Shown here: in pieces, positions 46,359 through 55,649 of the stretch | Position numbering within the stretch: position 1 is the stretch's first letter | Layout: each line of letters starts with the position of its first letter | NCBI GenBank assembly: GCA_963775755.1 | Contig: CAVZKB010000015.1 | Location: 131,127-195,126, forward strand | DNA length: 64,000 bases | Direction: 5' to 3' | DNA from: an uncultured Actinomycetes bacterium | GTDB lineage: Bacteria; Actinomycetota; UBA4738; HRBIN12 | Made by a program: the position numbers and the translations under genes | The notes under the pieces: generated by a model | The model's input: the letters and a program-made list of their open reading frames with translations, nothing else | What the model was told of the DNA's origin: nothing | Databases searched by the model: none

Positions 46359-47339
46359 ATGCGCAAGGTCCGACTACGCTCGTTCGCGCTGCTGTTGACG
46401 GTGTTCGCCCTGGTGGGGGCCGCATGTGCGAGCAATGACAACACGTCCAACGGCGGAAGCAGCGGAAGCAGCGGAAGCAGCGGAAGCAGCGGAAGCACTG
46501 GAGCGAGCGGTCCGTCGGGTGGCACCGGCGTGTGCGCCACCGTCGACACGAGCGGCACCGACGCTCTTGCCTCGCTCTGCAATAGCGGCACGCTCCGGAT
46601 CGCGACCGACCCGAAGTACAAGCCGCAGTCGTGGTACGACGTGAAGAGCGGCACCTGGAAGGGGTTCGACGTCGACGTGGCCACCGAGATCGCGAAGCGC
46701 TTGGGCGTCAGCCCCGAGCTCCAGGCCCAGAAGTGGGCGGTCATCACGGCGGGATCGTGGAACGACCGCTGGGACGTGAGCGTCGGCTCGATGACGGACA
46801 CGATCGATCGCGAGCAGCTCTTCGACTTCACCCCGGCGTACTACTACACGCCCGCCTCCATGTCGGTGTTCAAGGACAACACCACGATCACCGGCCCGGC
46901 GGACCTGACCGGGAAGAAGGTCTGCGTCGGCGTCCAGACCACGTACCAGGACTACGTGCAGGGCACGCTGAAGCTCGGCTCGGTCGCCCCGCCGTTCCAG
47001 TTCCAGATCACGGGCGCCGACCTGACGACCTTCGATACGGACACCGACGCGCTCGACAACCTCGCGCTCGGCGACGGCGTGCGGTGCGACTCGGCGATCA
47101 GCGCCCAGCAGACGATCCAGGCCTACATCGACGCCGGCGGCCCGATCAAGATCGTGGGTGACCCGCTCTACTACGAGCCGCTCTGCATCGCGTTCGACAA
47201 GAACGACCCGAAGGACGCGCAGAGCCTCGCCGATGCCGTCAGCCAGATCGTCCAGGACATGCACGCCGACGGCACGCTCTCCACCCTGTCGGCGAAGTGG
47301 TACAGCGGCGTGGACTGGTCGGCGACGGCATCGGCCTGA
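46359..47339 (+). CDS. Polar amino-acid ABC transporter substrate-binding lipoprotein (SBP_bac_3)
   Basis: ORF 45921..47339 trimmed to the ATG at 46359 ([25 protein letters not shown], lipobox LVGAAC). SD GGAAGGAGGAG. Ser/Gly linker then the SBP_bac_3 fold ([14 protein letters not shown]...[16 protein letters not shown]). Confidence 0.85.
   Translation: MRKVRLRSFALLLTVFALVGAACASNDNTSNGGSSGSSGSSGSSGSTGASGPSGGTGVCATVDTSGTDALASLCNSGTLRIATDPKYKPQSWYDVKSGTWKGFDVDVATEIAKRLGVSPELQAQKWAVITAGSWNDRWDVSVGSMTDTIDREQLFDFTPAYYYTPASMSVFKDNTTITGPADLTGKKVCVGVQTTYQDYVQGTLKLGSVAPPFQFQITGADLTTFDTDTDALDNLALGDGVRCDSAISAQQTIQAYIDAGGPIKIVGDPLYYEPLCIAFDKNDPKDAQSLADAVSQIVQDMHADGTLSTLSAKWYSGVDWSATASA
46453..46496 (+). 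repeat. 9-bp tandem repeat (GGAAGCAGC)x~4.7 encoding a (GSS)n linker
   Basis: Direct tandem copies of ggaagcagc inside the SBP gene, immediately after the lipobox Cys. They encode [17 protein letters not shown]. Confidence 0.6.
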
Positions 47340-49474
47340 GCCGTCGCGGATCGCGCGGGAACGACCCCTTGGGAGCCACGGTCGCGGCGGCGGGGCGTGA
47401 GGAGCAACCTCGCGCTCCGTCGCGCGGTCAGTTCGAGATCCCCCAGGCCAAGTTCCTGCTGTTCGCCTCCTGGGTGATCATCTTGCAGGGGGCGCTCATC
47501 GCGCTCTTCCTGCCGATCCTCGTCTTCTCGACCACGGAGAACATCCCGCCCGCCGACATCGCGATGTTCGGGTTGATGGGCGTCCTCAGCATCGTGGGCG
47601 GCTCCCTGCTGTACGTGGCGCACCGCTGGACGTGGTGGGCCGCTCTCGCGGCGACGGCTGTGTGCGGCGGGTACCTGCTCGCCGTCGGCGGCCTGACCGA
47701 CCAACGAGAGGGCTACGTCGCGGTCGCGTTCTCGGTCGCCGGCGTGGTGCTGCTCGTGCTGGGGAAGGCGGCGGAGGGGAAGACGGAGGCGATCGCGCTC
47801 GCGAGCGCCAGGATCCCGTTCCGCCTCAAGGTGACGGCGGTCTGGATCGCGATCTTCTTCATCATCGGGATCTTCCTGGTCCTGTCCGATCTGGACACGG
47901 GCTTCATCCGGGAGAACGTCTGGTACATCGCGAAGGGTCTGGAGTTCACCATCCTCCTGGCCGCTTTCGCGATCGTGCTCGCGACGTTCCTGGCGCTGCT
48001 CGGCGCCCTCGGGCGGCTCTCGCGCAACGCGGTCGCGTACGGCGTCTCCGGTTTCTACACGTCGTTCTTCCGTGGCACGCCGCTGATCGTCCAGCTGTTC
48101 CTGATCTTCCTCGCGCTGCCGCAGATCGGGTTCAACATGAACCGGACCTCGCTCGTGAACATCCTCACGCTCACCACCTTTCAGGCCGGCGTGATCGGCC
48201 TCGGGCTGAACTACGGCGCGTACATGACCGAGATCTTCCGCGCGGGCATCCAATCGGTGGGGCACGGCCAGGCGGAGGCGGCGGACGCCCTGGGCATGAC
48301 GTATGCCCAGCGGATGCGGCGCGTCGTGCTGCCGCAGGCGATCCGTGTCATCATCCCGCCGACCGGCAACGAGTTCATCGCGATGATGAAAGACACGGCG
48401 CTCGTCAGCTTCCTCGGGGCGTCGGTCGCGAGCGCGGAGCTGTTCCTGCGCGCGCAGCTCGCGTTCAGCGCGAGCATCCGCAACCGGCTCGAGTCGCTGC
48501 TCGTCGCGGCGGCCTTGTACTGGCTGCTCACGTCGGTATTCACGTTCTTCCAGGTTCGCCTGGAGAAGCGGATCTCGAAGGGGTACGTCCGCACCGAGGT
48601 GAAGGCGGGCGGGGGCGGCAAGCGCACGCAGTTCCTTCCCGGTCGCGGCGGGCGGTGGACCGGGCGGCGGGGGCGCGATGGCCGAGATGCCGCTCCCGCC
48701 GGAGGAGGAGCAGCCGTGAGCGCCAACGCGGTCGTCAGGATCGAGAACCTCCACAAGTACTTCGGGCCGCTCGAGGTGCTCAAGGGCATCGAGATGGAGG
48801 TGAACCGCGGCGAGGTCGTCGTGATCTTCGGGCGGTCGGGTTCGGGGAAGTCGACGCTCCTTCGTTGCGTGAACTTCCTCGAGGACCCGACCTTCGGCAC
48901 CATCGAAGTGTCCGGGATCCGGCTCGAGGGCGGGCACCGAACCCGCCACAAGGGCGAGCAGATCCGCCAGCTCCGCGTGCACGCGGGCATGGTCTTCCAG
49001 TCCTTCAACCTGTTCCCACAGATGACCGCGCTCCAGAACGTCATGGAAGGGCCGGTGACGGTGAAGGGTTTGAAGCCCAACGACGCGAGGCCGATCGCCA
49101 TGGACCTCCTCGCGAAGGTCGGGCTGGCCGAAAAGGCCGATCAGCATCCGATCAGGCTCTCCGGGGGCCAGCAGCAGCGGGTCGCGATCGCCCGGGCTCT
49201 CGCGATGGAGCCCGACGTGATGCTCTTCGACGAGCCGACGTCCGCGCTCGACCCGGAACTCATCGGGGAGGTGCTCACGGTGATGAAGTCGCTCGCCACC
49301 GACCTCCACATGACGATGATCGTCGTGACGCACGAGATGGGGTTCGCGCGCGAGGTGGCGAACCGGATGATGTTCTTCAACGACGGCGTGATCCTGGAGG
49401 AAGGCACGCCCGATCAGATCTTCAACCACACGCAGCACCCCGAAACGCGCACGTTCCTCGAAGCGGTGCTCTAG
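47297..49474 (+). CDS. Polar amino-acid ABC transporter permease fused in-frame to its ATP-binding subunit (TMD-NBD), with an N-terminal four-TM extension
   Basis: Single 725-codon ORF. Residues ~1-200 are extra TM helices. Residues ~200-430 are the HisM/GlnP-type permease core (EAA-loop region ...[20 protein letters not shown]...). A Gly/Arg-rich linker follows: [38 protein letters not shown]. The C-terminal NBD has Walker [10 protein letters not shown], signature [15 protein letters not shown] and Walker [12 protein letters not shown]. There is no stop between the domains. A strong internal SD GGAGGAGGAG (48701-48710) sits 5 nt before GTG 48716, so the NBD could also be translated on its own. 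The 5' end overlaps the upstream SBP by 43 nt, so the true start may be an internal codon. Confidence 0.75.
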   Translation: MVQRRGLVGDGIGLSRRGSRGNDPLGATVAAAGREEQPRAPSRGQFEIPQAKFLLFASWVIILQGALIALFLPILVFSTTENIPPADIAMFGLMGVLSIVGGSLLYVAHRWTWWAALAATAVCGGYLLAVGGLTDQREGYVAVAFSVAGVVLLVLGKAAEGKTEAIALASARIPFRLKVTAVWIAIFFIIGIFLVLSDLDTGFIRENVWYIAKGLEFTILLAAFAIVLATFLALLGALGRLSRNAVAYGVSGFYTSFFRGTPLIVQLFLIFLALPQIGFNMNRTSLVNILTLTTFQAGVIGLGLNYGAYMTEIFRAGIQSVGHGQAEAADALGMTYAQRMRRVVLPQAIRVIIPPTGNEFIAMMKDTALVSFLGASVASAELFLRAQLAFSASIRNRLESLLVAAALYWLLTSVFTFFQVRLEKRISKGYVRTEVKAGGGGKRTQFLPGRGGRWTGRRGRDGRDAAPAGGGAAVSANAVVRIENLHKYFGPLEVLKGIEMEVNRGEVVVIFGRSGSGKSTLLRCVNFLEDPTFGTIEVSGIRLEGGHRTRHKGEQIRQLRVHAGMVFQSFNLFPQMTALQNVMEGPVTVKGLKPNDARPIAMDLLAKVGLAEKADQHPIRLSGGQQQRVAIARALAMEPDVMLFDEPTSALDPELIGEVLTVMKSLATDLHMTMIVVTHEMGFAREVANRMMFFNDGVILEEGTPDQIFNHTQHPETRTFLEAVL

Positions 49475-49690
49475 TCGTTCCCCGCTGCAGAACGCCTGCG
49501 TCGGAATGAGAGACGGGTCGCGCCTCTCGGCGAACCACTCGCGCCTTCCCCATACGCGAGTGATCCACACGAGCGACGCGACCCGTCACGCAGTGGTCCC
49601 GAGCGACCCGGCCTCGTCCCGTTTCCGGTCCGAGCCCGCGGCCAGCGCGGGACCGAACCGAAAGATAGACTGGAGGTTGAGGGCTGTCAA

Positions 49691-49735
49691 CTCGCGGAGA
49701 GTCGCTGGTCCGCAGCGCGTCTCGCGGAGAGTCGC
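49691..49735. repeat. Direct repeat of CTCGCGGAGAGTCGC (two copies, 30 bp apart) in a convergent intergenic spacer
   Basis: Identical 15-mers at 49691-49705 and 49721-49735. The same 304-bp spacer also holds an 11-bp inverted repeat GACGGGTCGCG (49512-49522) paired with CGCGACCCGTC (49577-49587), and a DnaA-box-like TGATCCACA at 49561-49569. Confidence 0.5.
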
Positions 49736-49778
49736 AGGTAGGCGTTGTTCCCCGGTGTCGGGAGAAAGAGTGACAGGT

Positions 49779-50201
49779 TCACGCGACGGAGAACGCCGCG
49801 TGCATCCCCGCCGCGTAGTGCGCGGGGAGGTTGCACACCAAAACGTATGACCCCGGCTGAAGGTTCACGCTGAGCGACGTGTCGGTGCCGGGCACGATGT
49901 CCTCCGCCTCGTCGACGAGGTCGATCTGATCTTCGGGGATCAGCCCGTTCTCGACCGGCAACGCATCAGGTGCGTCGTCGGTGCGGAGGATCACGAACTC
50001 GTGCACGCTCGGCCCGTCGTTCTGGATGCCGAACGTGATGTCACCGGCAGAGAACGTTCCCGGCGTCGCCGTGAGTGAGAAGTCCTTGAGGGTCACGACG
50101 ACGTCGCCCGTCGCCGTGCCGCCGGACCCTGAACCACCACATGAGGTCGCGGAGATCGCGAGCACGCACGCGAGCACGGCGAACCGGATCGGACGGCTCA
50201 C
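49779..50201 (-). CDS. Cupredoxin-like lipoprotein (EfeO N-domain/FtrB-like)
   Basis: ORF 49779..50390 trimmed to the GTG at 50201 (VSRPIRFAVLACVLAISATSCGGSG, lipobox ATSC), overlapping the FTR1 stop. Cupredoxin-like C-terminus (...GSYVLVCNLPAHYAAGMHAAFSV). Confidence 0.65.
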   Translation of the reverse strand: MSRPIRFAVLACVLAISATSCGGSGSGGTATGDVVVTLKDFSLTATPGTFSAGDITFGIQNDGPSVHEFVILRTDDAPDALPVENGLIPEDQIDLVDEAEDIVPGTDTSLSVNLQPGSYVLVCNLPAHYAAGMHAAFSVA

Positions 50202-51046
50202 GATGCCACGGTGGCCGGTGTGACCTGCCGTTCGGTCCGCGCGGGAGGCCGAGCGGGCCACAGTACGTACAGGGCCATCGGGACGGCGTAGATGAGCCAG
50301 GCGAGCGTTTCGCCCACGGTCGGGACCGGTTGGAGTCCGAGCATGCCGGTCAGCAGCGCGGCCCGCACGGAGTTGGGCGCGACCAGCCACCGCAGGTCGA
50401 AGGCCTGTGCCTGAAGGACGTCGGTCCAGCCGGCCTCGTGCGCCGTATGGACCGCGCTCGCGAGGAGCCCGGCGGCCACGAGCACCAGCACGAAGCCCGT
50501 GAAGCGGAAGAACCGGGACAGGTTGATCCGCACGCCGCCCCGGTAGATGGCGAAGCCGAGGCCGACGGCCACCGCGACCCCGAGGACCGCTCCCGTCCCC
50601 GTGAGGGCCGGGCGCCTGGAGCTGCCGAACACCGCCAACAGGAACACCGCGGTCTCCAGCCCCTCACGCAAGACGGCGAAGAACGCCATGCCGACGAGCG
50701 CCATGGTCGAGCCGAGCGTGAGCGCGCTCTCGGCGCTCCGCTCGAGCGAGCCCTTCAGCTCACGGGAGTGCCGCTTCATCCACACGACCATGTAGGTGAC
50801 GCCCGCAACGGCGAGCAGGGCCAGGACCGAGGCAAGTCCTTCCTGCTGCTTGTGCGGCAGCGACGCGTTGACGGCCTCGAGGATCGCCGCGACTCCCACG
50901 CACAGGGCGACGGCGAGGCCGACCCCGTACCACATCGGCCGCAAGGCCCTGGGCTCTCCGCGTTGGATCAGGAACGCCGCGATGATCCCGACGATGAGGG
51001 ACGCCTCGAGGCCCTCTCGGAGTCCGATGATGAACGTGGGCAGCAT
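50198..51046 (-). CDS. FTR1-family high-affinity iron permease (EfeU-like)
   Basis: ORF 50198..51154 trimmed to the ATG at 51046 (MLPTFIIGLREGLEASL...). Two REGLE iron-binding motifs (LREGLEA and LREGLET). About seven TM helices. Confidence 0.85.
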   Translation of the reverse strand: MLPTFIIGLREGLEASLIVGIIAAFLIQRGEPRALRPMWYGVGLAVALCVGVAAILEAVNASLPHKQQEGLASVLALLAVAGVTYMVVWMKRHSRELKGSLERSAESALTLGSTMALVGMAFFAVLREGLETAVFLLAVFGSSRRPALTGTGAVLGVAVAVGLGFAIYRGGVRINLSRFFRFTGFVLVLVAAGLLASAVHTAHEAGWTDVLQAQAFDLRWLVAPNSVRAALLTGMLGLQPVPTVGETLAWLIYAVPMALYVLWPARPPARTERQVTPATVAS

Positions 51047-51135
51047 GCGGGCGTTGGCTCTCTCTTCGTTCGACCTAATCGCGGTCTGAATCCTATCTAA
51101 CGAGTCGGATATGGGGCAACCTCGTTCGGTACCGA

Positions 51136-53844
51136 ATGACCAGCACCGTGGCACGACCGCCGGAAGGGCAGTCGGTGGTGAGGGCTACAATCCGCGCCGT
51201 GACGCCCACCGACGGGCACGACGGCCGAAAACGGATCTTCCTGCTGGACGGGCACTCGCTCGCGTACCGCGCCTACTTCGCGCTCCCGACGACCCTCGCG
51301 ACGAGCACGGGCCAGATCACGAACGCCGTCTACGGGTTCACCTCGATGCTGATCAAGCTGATGGGGGACGAGCATCCCGACTACCTCGCGGTGGCGTTCG
51401 ACCTCGGCAGACCCACCGTTCGCCTGGAGAAGTACGCGGAGTACAAGGCCGGCCGGGCCGAGACCCCCAACGACTTCACGTCGCAGCTCGGGTTGATCGA
51501 CGAGGTGCTCAACACGCTGCACGTTCCCATGGTGCGCGTCGTCGATCACGAAGCGGACGACGCGATCGGCACGCTCGCCACCCTGGCCGCGGACTCCGGG
51601 TTGGACGCCGTGATCGTGACCGCGGACCGCGACTTCTTCCAGCTCGTCCGACCCGGGATCCAGGTGATGTTCAACCGCCGGGGCATCTCCGACATCGTCC
51701 TGTACGACGAGGCGGGTGTGGAGGGGCGCTTCGGCGTTCCGCCGTCGAGGTACCTCGAGTACGTGGCGTTGAAGGGCGACCCGTCCGACAACATCCCGGG
51801 CGTCCCCGGCGTGGGGGAGAAGACCGCGACGAAGCTGATCCAGCAGTACGGCTCCGTCGAAGGGTTGCTCGCGCACGCCGACGAGCTTCGGGGCAAGCAG
51901 AAGGACAACGTGCTGGCGTCGGCCTCACAGCTCGCGCTGAACAAGGAGCTGGCGCGGATCGTGACCGACCTGCCGCTGGACATCGCCCCTGAGGACTGCG
52001 TCATGGGCGAGTGGGATCCCGACGAGGTGCGGCGGCTCTTCGTCTCCCTCGAGTTCCGCTCGCTCCTCGACCGGTTGCACGAGGTGGGCGTCATGAAGCC
52101 CAAGGTCGAGGTCACGGAGCTTGATCTCCGAGAGGTCTCCGCCGAGGAGCTCTCGGCGACGATCGCATCGGACGCCCCCAAGGGCGTGCGGCTGGACGCC
52201 GACCTGCGGGAGGTGCGCGGGGCCGCCGCCTCGCCGGGGGGAGCGCAGGCCACGTTCGCCCCGCTCGCCGGGCTGGAACCGGTGGCGGAGGCGCTGGCCT
52301 CACCCGCGCCCAAGTGGACGCACGACGCGAAGGAGCTGGAGCGCGGGGCGATCGCCGCCGGCGTCGAGGTCGCAGGGGTCGTGTTCGACACGTTCCTCGC
52401 CGGTTACCTGCTCGATCCCGCCGCGGCCGACTATCCGCTGCGTGCGCTGAGCGAGAAGTACCTGGGCGCCGACGTGCTCGGACAGGTCGAGGACCAGGAC
52501 GAGGGCCAGCTCTTCAGCGACGCCGGATGGCGGACGGTCGCCGCCGAGGCCGCGGCGATCGCGCTGCTCGCGCCGGTGATGGAGGAGCAGATCGACAAGC
52601 AGGGGCTCCGCGAGCTCCTCGAGACGGTAGAGCAGCCGCTCGCGTCGGTGCTGGCGCGGATGGAGGCGCGCGGGGTGGCGCTCGACGTGGCGTACCTGCA
52701 GGAGATGGGCGCGTCGGTCCGGGAACGGATGGCGGCGTTGCGGGCCGACGTCTTCCGGGAGGCGGGCGAGGAGTTCAACCTGAACTCGCCCCCGCAGCTC
52801 CGCGTGATCCTGTACGACAAGCTCGGGCTGTCCCCGGGCAAACGCACGCCGAAGGGACAACTTTCCACCGACGCGAGCGTCTTGGAGAAGCTCCGCGATC
52901 ATCCCGTGGTCGACGCCCTGCTCGACTGGCGGGAGCTCGACAAGCTGAACTCGACGTACCTGGAAGCGCTGCCACGTCTGGTCGACCCGCGCGACGGCCG
53001 GATCCACACGTCGTTCAACCAGGCGGTCGCGGCGACGGGCCGGCTCTCGTCGTCGAACCCGAACCTGCAGAACATCCCCATCCGAACGGAGCTCGGCCGG
53101 CAGATCCGCCGGGCGTTCATCGCGGGTGATCCCGGCCAGGTGATGCTCACCGCGGACTATTCGCAGATCGAGCTCCGGATCCTCGCGCACCTGTCCGGTG
53201 ACGAAGGGCTGCGCGAGGCGTTCGCAACCGGCCAGGACATCCACACCGCCACCGCGGCGCGCGTCTTCGATCTGCCGCTCGACAAGGTGGACCCCGCGCT
53301 GCGATCGCGCGCCAAGATGGTGAACTACGGCCTCGCGTACGGCATGAACGCGTGGGGCCTCGCCTCGCGTCTGGACATCGCGCCCGACGAGGCGCAGGAG
53401 ATCATGGACGCGTACTTCGCGAGCTTCCCGAAGATCCGCGAGTACCTCGACCGTCAGGTCGATCACGCGACGGTCGACGGCTTCACGGAGACCCTGCTCG
53501 GGCGCCGGCGATACATCCCCGAGCTGCAGGCGGCGAACCCGCGCGTGCGCGACCTGGGACGGCGGCAGGCGTTGAACGCGCCGATCCAGGGGAGCGCCAG
53601 CGACGTGTTCAAGGTCGCGATGATCAACGTGGAGCGCGGCGTCCTCGAGCGTCCGGAGCTCGACCTGCACATGCTCCTCACCGTCCACGACGAGCTGGTG
53701 TTCGAGGTCGCTGACGCCCACGTGGAAGAGGCCGCGGCGCTCGTGAAGGAGCGGATGGAGAGCGCCGTCGAGCTGGACGTCGCGCTCCGCGCCGACATCG
53801 GCTGGGGAGCGAACTGGGCGGAAGCGGCCCCCGAAGGCCACTGA
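51136..53844 (+). CDS. polA: DNA polymerase I
   Basis: 902 aa. 5'-3' exonuclease domain (LLDGHSLAYRAYFAL), 3'-5' exonuclease-like domain, and polymerase motifs A (DYSQIELRILAHLS), B and C (LTVHDELVFE). Confidence 0.9.
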   Translation: MTSTVARPPEGQSVVRATIRAVTPTDGHDGRKRIFLLDGHSLAYRAYFALPTTLATSTGQITNAVYGFTSMLIKLMGDEHPDYLAVAFDLGRPTVRLEKYAEYKAGRAETPNDFTSQLGLIDEVLNTLHVPMVRVVDHEADDAIGTLATLAADSGLDAVIVTADRDFFQLVRPGIQVMFNRRGISDIVLYDEAGVEGRFGVPPSRYLEYVALKGDPSDNIPGVPGVGEKTATKLIQQYGSVEGLLAHADELRGKQKDNVLASASQLALNKELARIVTDLPLDIAPEDCVMGEWDPDEVRRLFVSLEFRSLLDRLHEVGVMKPKVEVTELDLREVSAEELSATIASDAPKGVRLDADLREVRGAAASPGGAQATFAPLAGLEPVAEALASPAPKWTHDAKELERGAIAAGVEVAGVVFDTFLAGYLLDPAAADYPLRALSEKYLGADVLGQVEDQDEGQLFSDAGWRTVAAEAAAIALLAPVMEEQIDKQGLRELLETVEQPLASVLARMEARGVALDVAYLQEMGASVRERMAALRADVFREAGEEFNLNSPPQLRVILYDKLGLSPGKRTPKGQLSTDASVLEKLRDHPVVDALLDWRELDKLNSTYLEALPRLVDPRDGRIHTSFNQAVAATGRLSSSNPNLQNIPIRTELGRQIRRAFIAGDPGQVMLTADYSQIELRILAHLSGDEGLREAFATGQDIHTATAARVFDLPLDKVDPALRSRAKMVNYGLAYGMNAWGLASRLDIAPDEAQEIMDAYFASFPKIREYLDRQVDHATVDGFTETLLGRRRYIPELQAANPRVRDLGRRQALNAPIQGSASDVFKVAMINVERGVLERPELDLHMLLTVHDELVFEVADAHVEEAAALVKERMESAVELDVALRADIGWGANWAEAAPEGH

Positions 53845-53869
53845 CCGACGCCATCGGAGCCGCCGGGAT

Positions 53870-55648
53870 TCAGAGCGGGCGGTTCGCGTGCGACGGGAAG
53901 TCGCGCACGCTGCCGGCATACCACGCGTCGATGCGGAGGCTCCCTGATGGGAGTCCGCTTCCCGACGTCGCGTAGCGTCCATCCGCGCCGGTCGTGGCGT
54001 CTCCGAGCTCGATCGTGGCGGGTTCGAGGAACACGCGCTCGCGGAGCACCTCTTTGGAGGGGCCCAGGAAGACGAGAGAGAGGTAGCCGCTCCCGACCGA
54101 GGAGGGTGCCACTCGCACATCGAACGTGACCCTGAATCGTTTCCCGGCTTCGACGTCGAAATCCGCCGAATTGATCGCGGCCACCTCTCCCTGCGCTGCG
54201 GTGACGTGAAGCATCGAACCTCCGCCATGGTCGCTGGGCTCCAGATGCTGCGATGCCTCGCCCCAGAGCCCCCAGCCGGTGAGAGCGCTCGTGAAGCTCG
54301 CGTTCGGGACACGGTTCGCGCCGGTACCTTGGCGGTACTCGATCGCATACAGCGACAGGTCCGCGCTGCCGTCGCAGCCGCATTCGGTGTTGACGCGGTA
54401 ACCGACGTCGGCGTGCGTCGCGCCTTTCGGCACGGTACCTCGCACGGTGTAGACGTCGGCGATGCCGGAGCCGGACGTCGGTGTCGCGGTCAGCCGGATC
54501 GGCGCCCCCTCGATCGGATCGCCCTTCCGGACGCGCAGCCGGCCGGAGGCCTGCCAAGATGCCGGGCTTCCCGTGACGTTGAGCACGAGCGCGGTCCGCG
54601 CGCGCGTGTATCGGTCGATCAACCACGTGAACGTGTACGCCTTCGTCTCGGGCAACGCGTGGTCGGGATGATCGTTCCACGACTGGAAGATCGCATCGTC
54701 GGGGCGACCGCCCGCCTGTGCCTCGTACATGGAGAACCGTCTCTGGGCCGCCGTGGTCCATCCGCGATCCGACGACGCACCGGCGTCACCGTTGTAGATC
54801 ACGCCGAACTCGATGTTCCTCGCTTTGCAGAAATCCTCGAGCTCCTTCACCGCTTCCGGCCAATCCAACCGAGCCCAGTCCACATCCACGTGGAAGAAAT
54901 GCAACTGGTGTCCCGTCACCTTCCGGTAGGCGTCGATCCACCGTTCGTAGCGAGAGACCGGCACGCCCGACACGAGTGGCTCGATGTCGCCCACCCGTGC
55001 CGCGGGGAAGACACCGTGGATCGCGCCTTCGAACTTCGACACCTTGCGGGCGATCGTCACGGGGCTCCAGTGGCAGGCTCGCGGACCGTCGTAGACGTTC
55101 GCGTAGAAGAACGGCTCGTCCATCGCGACGTCGTCGACCACGCCGCCGACCGACCTGATCCGTTGCGCGATGTCAGGACCCTCCTGGAGGCCGTAGGGGA
55201 ACCCCTCGATGCCGCTCCCGCACGTTGCCGTCGGGTTCAGCGGGCCGCCCTCGAACGCCAAACGCATCCCCCGGGCGTGGATGTTCGCAACCGCCGAACG
55301 GAGCTGAGCGTCCGAAGCGATGCGCGCCACCCACCCCCCGTAGAGCTTGAACACGTCGACCTGTGCAGCCGCGTCCTTCCAGGGCGCGCCCGGCTGGAAG
55401 AGCTGCATGAAGTCCTTGGAGCCGTCGTACGGATGCTCGCGGTGCGTCGGATCGAGCGGTGCGAACCAGATGGACGCCGCGCGCCCGTCATGTGGCGTCG
55501 AGCGGGAACGGGCATCCGCCGGCGCCGCGCCGGCGTAGATGTGGCCCGGCATGGCGACGGCCGGCATGGCGAGCGCGAGCAGGCTGATCAGCGCTGCGAG
55601 CGCGACGGGTGAGTTTCGCCACGTACGCGTCACGCGAGCGCGCGCCAT
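53870..55648 (-). CDS. Secreted protein of unknown family with a C-terminal CBM4_9-like carbohydrate-binding module
   Basis: ORF 53870..55795 trimmed to the ATG at 55648 (MARARVTRTWRNSPVALAALISLLALAMPAVAMPG, Sec signal peptide). The C-terminal ~150 aa look like CBM4_9 (VPNASFTSALTGWGLWGEASQHLE...GKRFRVTFDVRV...LSLVFLG). The central ~400 aa have no family I can name. The start codon is 1 nt from the upstream histidine-kinase stop. Confidence 0.7.
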   Translation of the reverse strand: MARARVTRTWRNSPVALAALISLLALAMPAVAMPGHIYAGAAPADARSRSTPHDGRAASIWFAPLDPTHREHPYDGSKDFMQLFQPGAPWKDAAAQVDVFKLYGGWVARIASDAQLRSAVANIHARGMRLAFEGGPLNPTATCGSGIEGFPYGLQEGPDIAQRIRSVGGVVDDVAMDEPFFYANVYDGPRACHWSPVTIARKVSKFEGAIHGVFPAARVGDIEPLVSGVPVSRYERWIDAYRKVTGHQLHFFHVDVDWARLDWPEAVKELEDFCKARNIEFGVIYNGDAGASSDRGWTTAAQRRFSMYEAQAGGRPDDAIFQSWNDHPDHALPETKAYTFTWLIDRYTRARTALVLNVTGSPASWQASGRLRVRKGDPIEGAPIRLTATPTSGSGIADVYTVRGTVPKGATHADVGYRVNTECGCDGSADLSLYAIEYRQGTGANRVPNASFTSALTGWGLWGEASQHLEPSDHGGGSMLHVTAAQGEVAAINSADFDVEAGKRFRVTFDVRVAPSSVGSGYLSLVFLGPSKEVLRERVFLEPATIELGDATTGADGRYATSGSGLPSGSLRIDAWYAGSVRDFPSHANRPL

Positions 55649-55649
55649 C

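Noticed and set aside
46453-46496. Tandem repeat considered as a CRISPR-like or minisatellite array
   Set aside because: Only a 9-bp unit with no spacers, and it lies in-frame inside a lipoprotein linker. It is an ordinary coding short tandem repeat. No CRISPR arrays were seen anywhere in the window.
48678-48719. Short frame ending [13 protein letters not shown] whose TGA overlaps the ATPase GTG, as a possible true permease C-terminus
   Set aside because: That frame has an upstream TGA at 48600-48602, so it cannot be reached from the permease frame by a single shift. The in-frame permease-ATPase fusion stands as the sequence is written.
47171-49570. 799-aa minus-strand ORF antisense to the permease-ATPase gene
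   Set aside because: Antisense to a gene with unambiguous ABC motifs. Low-complexity product.
51071-51100. Possible IdeR/DtxR iron box upstream of the FTR1 operon (cgacctaatcgcggtctgaatcctatctaa)
   Set aside because: Only fragmentary resemblance to TTAGGTTAGGCTAACCTAA. No 19-bp dyad symmetry. Left as a generic low-GC promoter region.
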